From a virus (taxonomy: Duplodnaviria > Heunggongvirae > Uroviricota > Caudoviricetes > Crassvirales): 39,850 nt of DNA. The stretch covers positions 64,001 to 103,850 of IMG/VR virus record IMGVR_UViG_3300035498_000265, one strand, 5' to 3'. Made by a program: the position numbers and the translations under genes. Position 1 is the stretch's first letter. Each line of letters opens with the position of its first letter. The notes under the pieces were generated by a model. The model did no database searches and had not been told where the DNA came from. It worked only from the letters and a program-made list of their open reading frames with translations. This document shows positions 33,476 to 39,850 of this stretch, in pieces.

Positions 33476-33961
33476 TTATTTTAGTAACTCTGAATACTCT
33501 TCCCAGTTGACAGCATCCTTAGCTTCCCAACCCTTAGACAGAGTCTCATTAATAAACACTAGAGCTTTAAAGTAAAAATCTTTAAGGTCATCTAGGCTTT
33601 CAAATTTATAATAAACAGGGTTATCAGTAGTACCTAGTTTAAATGTAGGCAATGTTTCACCATTGCTTTGAACAGCTATATCATAAGCTGCTTTATAATT
33701 AAACTGATTCTCCATAGATAACCATACTGGGATTTCTTTCCAAGTAAATCCTGTTAGTATCTCTTTGTCAATCTCTGCATTAAACCAGCTCAATATTACT
33801 TCTTTTATCTCAGCTAGACTTGGCTTATGTTCAAAGTTCTCTGATAAATAAGATGAATTACCTTCCTCATCAGTTTCCTTATTCCAAGTTATCATCCATA
33901 TATCTCTGATATAATTTGTACATTGTACTGGGTCTGCAACTCCATGTATCTTTATTGCCAT
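33476..33961 (-). CDS. Hypothetical protein (DUF4376-like), 161 aa
   Basis: Intact ORF with GFTWKEIPVWLSMENQFNYKAAYD motif; start overlaps the RT stop. Family name recalled, not searched. Confidence 0.6.
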   Translation of the reverse strand: MAIKIHGVADPVQCTNYIRDIWMITWNKETDEEGNSSYLSENFEHKPSLAEIKEVILSWFNAEIDKEILTGFTWKEIPVWLSMENQFNYKAAYDIAVQSNGETLPTFKLGTTDNPVYYKFESLDDLKDFYFKALVFINETLSKGWEAKDAVNWEEYSELLK

Positions 33962-34932
33962 TTTATAAATGTATTAAATAAATTATGCCCATTGCAGTGA
34001 AGACAATAACCTTTAATAGAAGCTATAATCTCCTACCTTCTTCTCTTGCTCTTAAGATAAGATAATTTAACTTGAGCTTTCTTCTTGATTCTTTTTCTAA
34101 CTCTAGAGTAAGCACCATTGAAAGTAACAAAGCCTAGGTAGTCTAGACCTACATTAAGTGGAGATACTCTGTAATTGCTCTTGATTGTCAACTTACTATC
34201 TTTTAGTAAGTCCTTTACTATATTATGAATCTACCATAGATACTCTTTAGTTGGGCCTAATATTACAACATCATCACAATATCTATAGTAGAATTTAATT
34301 CTATATTTACATTTAAGAGGCATATCTAATAACCACCCTAAGAATAAATTACCAAACACCTAAGAAGCTCTTAAACCTATACTGAGACCCTTATCTAACA
34401 TATCAACGAAGTTATCTAGTATAGGTAATAAAGTCTTATCTTTAATATATCTCCTAATACATACCTTCATTAACTCATGGTCAATGTTATGATAGTATTT
34501 ATTAATATCTATCTTGTAGAAGTATTTAGCTTCTTCTGGATGGTTTCTTATGTCTCTCTATATAATAGACTTCAAGTACATTGTGCCTCTGCCTTTAATA
34601 CTTGAAGCTGTTGTGTATATCATTCTCTTTACTAATAAATCATCAAGTATAGTCATTATAGCATTTACTGCTATTCTGTCCCTATAGTTGATGATTTGAA
34701 TTTCCCTCTCTTTAGCACCCTCTTTAATAATCCTAGTATCATAAGTGCCAAGTCTAAAACTACCAGTCTATATAGCCTCAATAGTTTCTTTAATTACTTG
34801 GTCTTTATTGCTCATTATAAAATGAGCTTGCCTAGTCTTCTTTCTCTTAGTACCCCTGAGTACTACTTTAATACTTCTTTCAATGTTTTCAGGAGTACAA
34901 ATCAATTTGATTAAGTCATTATACCTATGCAT
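33952..34932 (-). CDS. DGR reverse transcriptase, 326 aa (five in-frame TAG; absent from ORF track)
   Basis: KEREI...YRDRI, SIKGRG, YFYKIDINKYYHNIDH, GLSIGLRASQ, YYRYCDD (34270-34281), GLDYLGF; adjacent to TR. Confidence 0.92.
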
Positions 34933-34980
34933 AAGGCCTCCTCTAATTTATGTGAATCTTGGTTATTAATTACTGTATTA

Positions 34981-35148
34981 TCTGGAAATTCTCTTACAGC
35001 TGCCTTGTTCACTATTAGCTACTAGAGGTTTCTGTAGATTTAACTTTTTTAGTTTTCCTATTATCAATGATAATAGCTTTTACTATGGCTCGTACCTCCT
35101 ATACCTATTAAAGTAATAGGTATAGTGTCTAATAGAGAAATTTCCAGA
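34981..35148 (-). ncRNA. Structured spacer between TR and RT (putative DGR RNA 3' domain)
   Basis: Hairpins at 35099-35125 (12 bp, 3-nt loop) and 35058-35076, enclosed by a 14-bp inverted repeat with one bulge (34981-34994 / 35134-35148). Confidence 0.55.
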
Positions 35149-35153
35149 GATTA

Positions 35154-35258
35154 TAACTGAGAGCCGTTGTTAGTGTTAGAATAACTAACTGAGTTATTAG
35201 CATTCAAGTAGAAAACTCTACTGTTCGCATTAGCGTTGTTGTTAGACTGCTTAAGAGC
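35154..35258 (-). repeat. DGR template repeat (TR)
   Basis: 105 bp, ungapped alignment to 35530-35634; 21 mismatches, all where TR has A on the coding strand; AAC/AAT-rich. Confidence 0.95.
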
Positions 35259-35394
35259 TTATTTTTTAAATAATTTCTTTTAAGTAGGTTTCAGCAACAG
35301 TAGCCATTTTCACTGAAAAACATAATGTTCTCCCGTTGTTGAGCTGAGGTACTATACCCAGTACTAAGCCAGATGCCTGACCTAATACTGGGTA

Positions 35395-35426
35395 CAAAGG
35401 TAAGAAAAATTTTTGAATTATGCAAA
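35395..35426 (-). promoter_or_regulatory. Consensus Bacteroidota promoter driving TR and RT
   Basis: Minus strand TTTG-N20-TACCTTTG, a full consensus match, between the target stop codon and TR. Confidence 0.75.
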
Positions 35427-35454
35427 TATATAAGTAATTTATTTATACTTTATA

Positions 35455-38400
35455 TTAATTTTCTCTTATTTCTGTGAGATTCAGGTAGAAATCTATGTCT
35501 GATGTTTCTACTATATTACCCCTGAAAATCAACCGAGAGCCGTAGTTAGTGCTAGAATAACCAACCGAGTTATCAGCATTCAAGCAGAAAACCCCACCGG
35601 ACGCACCAGCGAAGTTGGAAGACCGCCTAAGAGCCCTTGTAGAAGCCCAAGTGCTTCTTAAGGTAGTATCAGAACTTTGATAGTCACAGTAGCCTTTAAC
35701 AGTACCACCACCAGAGGTACTACAACTACAAATATCACAATACTTACCATGGACAACAGCCTGGGGATAATTACCTGATGGGCCTACAAAGTAGACTCTT
35801 CTAGTAGATAAGTCTGGTTGAGTTATTCTCAGCTTACCACAGTTAGCAGAAGTCTCATTAGCCATAAATACTCTATCCATCCACTCTCCGGCATTACCCT
35901 GAATGTTCTCAAGACCTAGGAATACAGGAACTTCTATATTAGTGTAAGAGATTACACCACTTGAAGAAGTTACTGGGATAGAGGCATTAGCCCAAGTTTC
36001 AGCAGTAGCTATACTTGTTGGTATAGTAGTATCAGTCATACCATATTGTCTTGAAGCACCTAACTTTCTACCAGTAGTAGATGAGCCAGCACCTAAAACA
36101 TTTTGAGAGTTCCTTCTACCATACTTAGCAGTAAACAACATAGCTATTAGCTTATCAGCTTCATAGTCTACTAGTTGTAAACCTCTTGAGTAAGCAGCCT
36201 CACTAAGACTGTGCTAGAACCAGTCACCTTTAACATTAATATCAGCTACATCTTTACCTAGAGTTCCTACAGCAGCTGTCTTAGTTCCATTGAAAGAAGT
36301 ATAAACAGTTAATGAGTCATCTGAAGAAAGCTCAGAAGCAGCTATACAAACAGGCTCTGAATAAACCCAATCAGGCTCCATATCAGCAATCCAGTCCTTA
36401 GCATTCTCTGCAGTCATCTCTTCACCACTATTAAACTTACTTCCTTTATGTAGTACAATGTCACAAGGGTCAGCTGTAATAGAACCTGATACATATTTAG
36501 GAACACCTATGTAGAACCACTTAGCTCCTGAGGGAACAGTTACAATAGCAGGCATACCATTATAAGCATATACACTTGATGATACATAGAACTCACCTAC
36601 ATTTTGTACAGTACCTTCAGTATTAGAAATAATCAAGCCATTAGCACCAGTGAATACACAGCAAGTTTGACCTACTGATAGTGGGTATCTAACCTTCTTA
36701 TAACCTTCAACATTTACCCTAACAATATCATAGCTACTATTAGAAGTAGAAGGAATCCTATCATCAATATAGTTAGCAGCATTAGTAAAGCTGATAACCC
36801 TACTTTCTTTATATAAGCCTTCAGCATCAGCATCTAAATCTATGGGAGAGGCTTTTAAGTCAGCTATTGTTAGAACTCTAGTCTCACTAGAAGTACTAGG
36901 CCTAGTTTCTTGTGAACTAAAACAAGTATATTTCCTACTTAGAGATACACTAGTTGGGCTAAGATAGTTAATACCTTTATACCAGAAACCTGGGAATTTA
37001 ACATAAACTTCACCATAACCACTAGATTGTAGACCAGATAGATTGGCTTCTCTTCTAGTTAAGGAAGAGCCATATCCTGTAGAGAAGTATCTACTATCAG
37101 TGTCTTCTAGCTGAATAACGTACATTGTACCACTCTTATCCCTGGCATTTAAATAAGCTTTATCAGTAGCCTTAGGATTAGTTTCAATCTAAACAGATTT
37201 ACCTTTAGTAACTACTTTACCTAGAACTCTATGGACTTTACTTAAGATGTTAGCAATATGACCAGAAGGTACATATCTAGTTGAGTTTCTAGCACCAGTG
37301 TTATTATCAAAGTTAGTGATATTGCCTTTAACTACAGTACCAGTTACATCTGAGAATCCTGATTCATCTGTAATAGATTCATCTGACTCTATGATTGTGT
37401 ACTCAGGTTGCTTAATAGTTAGACTAGTAAACTTGCTACTATACTCTTTAACTATGTCATCATCAGTGTAAGTGGGAAGTTGTAAAGTACCTACTAATTG
37501 AGCACCAGTAGTAACCTAGTTGCCATCCTCATCAAGACCATAGTAGTCTGTGAATTGGTCTAGCCAAGTAATACTATCTTCTCTGTCAATGCCAGTTATT
37601 CTCAAATACTTAGTTGCTGCATTGCTTGATTTAAGCTTCTCAAATAAGCTCTCCCAATTAATATTAGGACAATCATTAACAAGAAGTTCACTTAATTGTG
37701 ACCAATCTTGAGCAGTTAAAGTATCTGAGTCTGAGTTATTATATTGAAGTAAATTTAGATTAGATAGATATAATCCCTTAGGAGTTCCTAAGATTAGGTT
37801 CTCAATAGGGGCACCTGCAGCTAATCTAACTGAACTAATACTAGTACCTGATACATTTAAGTATTTAAGTTTACTAGCTTTATTCAAACCTGAGAGCCCA
37901 GTGAATGTAGAATTAGATAAATCTACATAGTTAATAAGAGGACAGTCAGTAATATAAATATTACCACTACCATTACTTCCCAGATTAGAAGCTACTAACT
38001 TCTATAGGTTAGTTAAACCATTAACATTAATAGTATCCCCAGTAGTAGCTTTCCAAGAACCTTCAGAATCAATATATAATTCCTTAATTCTAGAAGCACC
38101 TAATACATTAGCAGGGTTATTAGCAGCATTACCTGTAATCTCCATACTTACTGTATAGTTGTTAGTGCTGTCAGCTCTCTAGTGGTCTCTTATGCCTGTG
38201 TTAGAAGTTTTCCAAGCAAAGTAGTAAGGAATACTAGATACTATAGTTACTTTATTAGTTAAAGCTGCATCACCTACATAGATGAAGGCATCTTGTTCAT
38301 AGTTACCAGCTTGGTACTTAGAGTCAAGCAAGTTAAATCTGTTCTCTAGAGTATATGTCCTATGAGCTTCCCTAGAACCCTGTGCAGTACTAATAAAGTT

Positions 38401-39849
38401 AGTGCTAATATCTGAAGGATACCCTGTCTCAGTTAAAGGGGTAATATATTTATATTTTTGTGAGTAGTTATACTGCCTTTGACTCCAGTTATTTACATAC
38501 TGACCATTAAAGATTTCTTTGAAGTAATCTGCACTGAATTTACCAGAGCTTCTCATTAACTTACATACACTAGATAAGTTAATAGCAGTCTTAGTATCTA
38601 CTACACTGTCAATAACTCTTTGAGTTGAGAAGTTAGCTCTAATTAAGTACCATAACCAGCTATCATGACCTTGTAGAGCATATTGACCTACACCATAGTC
38701 ATAAGTAGTTCTATCAGTTAGGTAATCATAAGCTAAGTAACAGTCATTCCTCTCACCTAATACTGTATCACCATCATAGTACTAGAACATCCAGTGAGTA
38801 CCATCCATAGTGTACATCATCATATTCTTAGCTCTTTGGTCAACAGCTAATAGATAGTCTGTCCACAGATACCAAGCGCAAACACTACTTAGGTTAAAGT
38901 AATCCTAGACATTGTTAATAAAGTATTCACAAGTCCAGTCAAGAGCTTCAAAGTCCTCAGACTTCATTGAGTTAAGGTCATAAGCTTTCTTACCATTAGC
39001 AGTAGCTACTTCCTTAGCACAAGTACCAATGAAGTTAAATACTCTCTTCAATTGTGTTGGTACATAAGCATATTGCTCAAACCCAGATGTAGTAGCTAAG
39101 CTATCAATACCATAATCAGCAGCTTGGTCAGTTACATCTGCAGGGGCTCTTACTTCTAGTTGATTTGAGAAAGCATCACTAGGATAAGTACTAGCTTCAT
39201 CAATGGCATCCCTTGTAGTAAATTTAATATGGAATAAGTCAAGGTCGGCGTTGTTATCAAGGAATTCAACACATATTGGTTGATAACTACCATCTTTATT
39301 ATAAGTACCATCTGCATCGTACTTATAGGCACCATCAAAACCAAAGACTTCACCTGAGCTAGATTTATCATTGTTAAAGTTATACTGACCCATGTATTGA
39401 AGATTAACATAGTTGCTATCTTCAAGAGTGTCAGTATAATCAGGGTTAACAACAGAGTCTGCAGCAAATACATCAATAGGAAATCCCTCAATAGCTACTC
39501 TAGTCTTAATATCATTAACACTAGTTTTATACTCTCTAGTCTGAGCTGGGTTCCTCAGTGACTCTACATTCTTAGTAAGTTCATTGAATACCATAGCACC
39601 AGCTGTGTTATGAGTCATTGAAGAGTCCACATAGTCAACCTTAAGACAGCAAATAGGAACCTCAACAGCATTCTAGCTCATAGCATACTTGAAGTTGTCT
39701 TTAACTTCACCACCAACTATGAATGAGCCTGCAGCAGGTTTTTCACTCTTAGTCTTTTTATTGAAGTTAATTCTATAGTTTTTCCTAGGTCTCTTAGTAG
39801 AAGTAGTACCCTGGATTCTTATAGCAGCTTCAGTGTGAGTAAAGTTAAA
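35455..39849 (-). CDS. Giant DGR target / putative receptor-binding protein (partial, >1460 aa): CotH-kinase-like, LRR-like and C-terminal C-type lectin domains (TAG=Gln)
   Basis: Five fragments in one frame separated only by TAG (8 in the window); open at the window edge. RIQGTTSTKRPRKNY, GQYNFNNDK, DQRAKNMM...YYDGDT; LxxLxL periodicity at about 37650-38100; GNAGEW and VR at the C-terminus. Confidence 0.8.
35530..35634 (-). repeat. DGR variable repeat (VR)
   Basis: Encodes ALRRSSNFAGASGGVFCLNADNSVGYSSTNYGSRL, a C-type-lectin-fold VR signature, 25 codons from the end of the gene. Confidence 0.95.
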
Positions 39850-39850
39850 T

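Larger units (their letters stand above)
33952..35634 (-). mobile_element. Diversity-generating retroelement cassette (VR-TR-RT)
   Basis: VR at the 3' end of the target gene, TR 272 nt downstream, RT next; adenine-specific mismatch pattern. Confidence 0.92.

Noticed and set aside
4319-34914. Plus-strand ORFs at 4319, 9800, 24473, 26119, 26977, 27738 and 34696
   Set aside because: All lie antisense to well-supported minus-strand genes and have Leu/Ser/Phe-rich shadow composition.
33952-34932. RT as group II intron, retron or Abi RT
   Set aside because: Short (326 aa), no maturase or endonuclease domain, GxxxSQ motif and an adjacent TR/VR pair indicate a DGR.
35355-35394. 9-bp inverted repeat TACCCAGTA/TACTGGGTA just downstream of the DGR promoter
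   Set aside because: May belong to the 5' leader of the DGR RNA, but with a 22-nt loop and no U-tract I cannot assign it a function.
35485-35511. Possible DGR target-recognition hairpin after VR (GTAGAAA...TTTCTAC)
   Set aside because: Only 7 bp, AT-rich, 13-nt loop, inside coding sequence; could be chance.
39156-39491. 111-aa hydrophobic minus-strand ORF
   Set aside because: Off-frame overlap within the DGR target gene; no independent support.
134-39849. Interpreting the fragmented ORFs as pseudogenes, frameshifts or sequencing errors
   Set aside because: Breaks are only in-frame TAG, frames never shift, and conserved motifs run through them.
1-39850. Suppressor tRNA, CRISPR array, introns or inteins, terminase, portal
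   Set aside because: Intergenic gaps are short and explained by terminators, promoters or DGR elements; no cloverleaf, repeat-spacer array, splicing motif or terminase/portal motif was recognised.

Overview
Late (virion, lysis, receptor-binding) region of a crAss-like Bacteroidota phage (Crassvirales; gene order and capsid sequence resemble the delta/Suoliviridae-like group). Apart from a 22-codon gene tail at the left edge, all genes are on the minus strand. The supplied ORF track is fragmented because TAG is read as glutamine (translation table 15). Re-reading by hand with only TAA/TGA as stops joins the fragments into about 33 tightly packed genes, none ending in TAG. In transcription order (right to left): a giant CotH-kinase-like/LRR-like/C-type-lectin protein running off the window; a diversity-generating retroelement (VR, TR, reverse transcriptase; 21 of 21 VR/TR mismatches at TR adenines); a lysis cluster (spanin/holin candidates, amidase endolysin); a five-gene operon of unknown function; scaffold-like protein; major capsid protein; ring, auxiliary-capsid and tail-hub proteins; IHF-like protein; collagen-like tail fibre; muzzle; and three cargo/ejection proteins. 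The least explained signals sit around the DGR: a second TR-like orphan sequence, an exact 20-nt antisense copy of part of the TR next to it, a nested-hairpin spacer RNA, and an RT that needs amber read-through at its conserved SQ motif. TAG use is very uneven (none in capsid genes, dense in the endolysin). No tRNA, terminase, portal or CRISPR array is seen. Family names come from motif recognition and synteny, not database searches.
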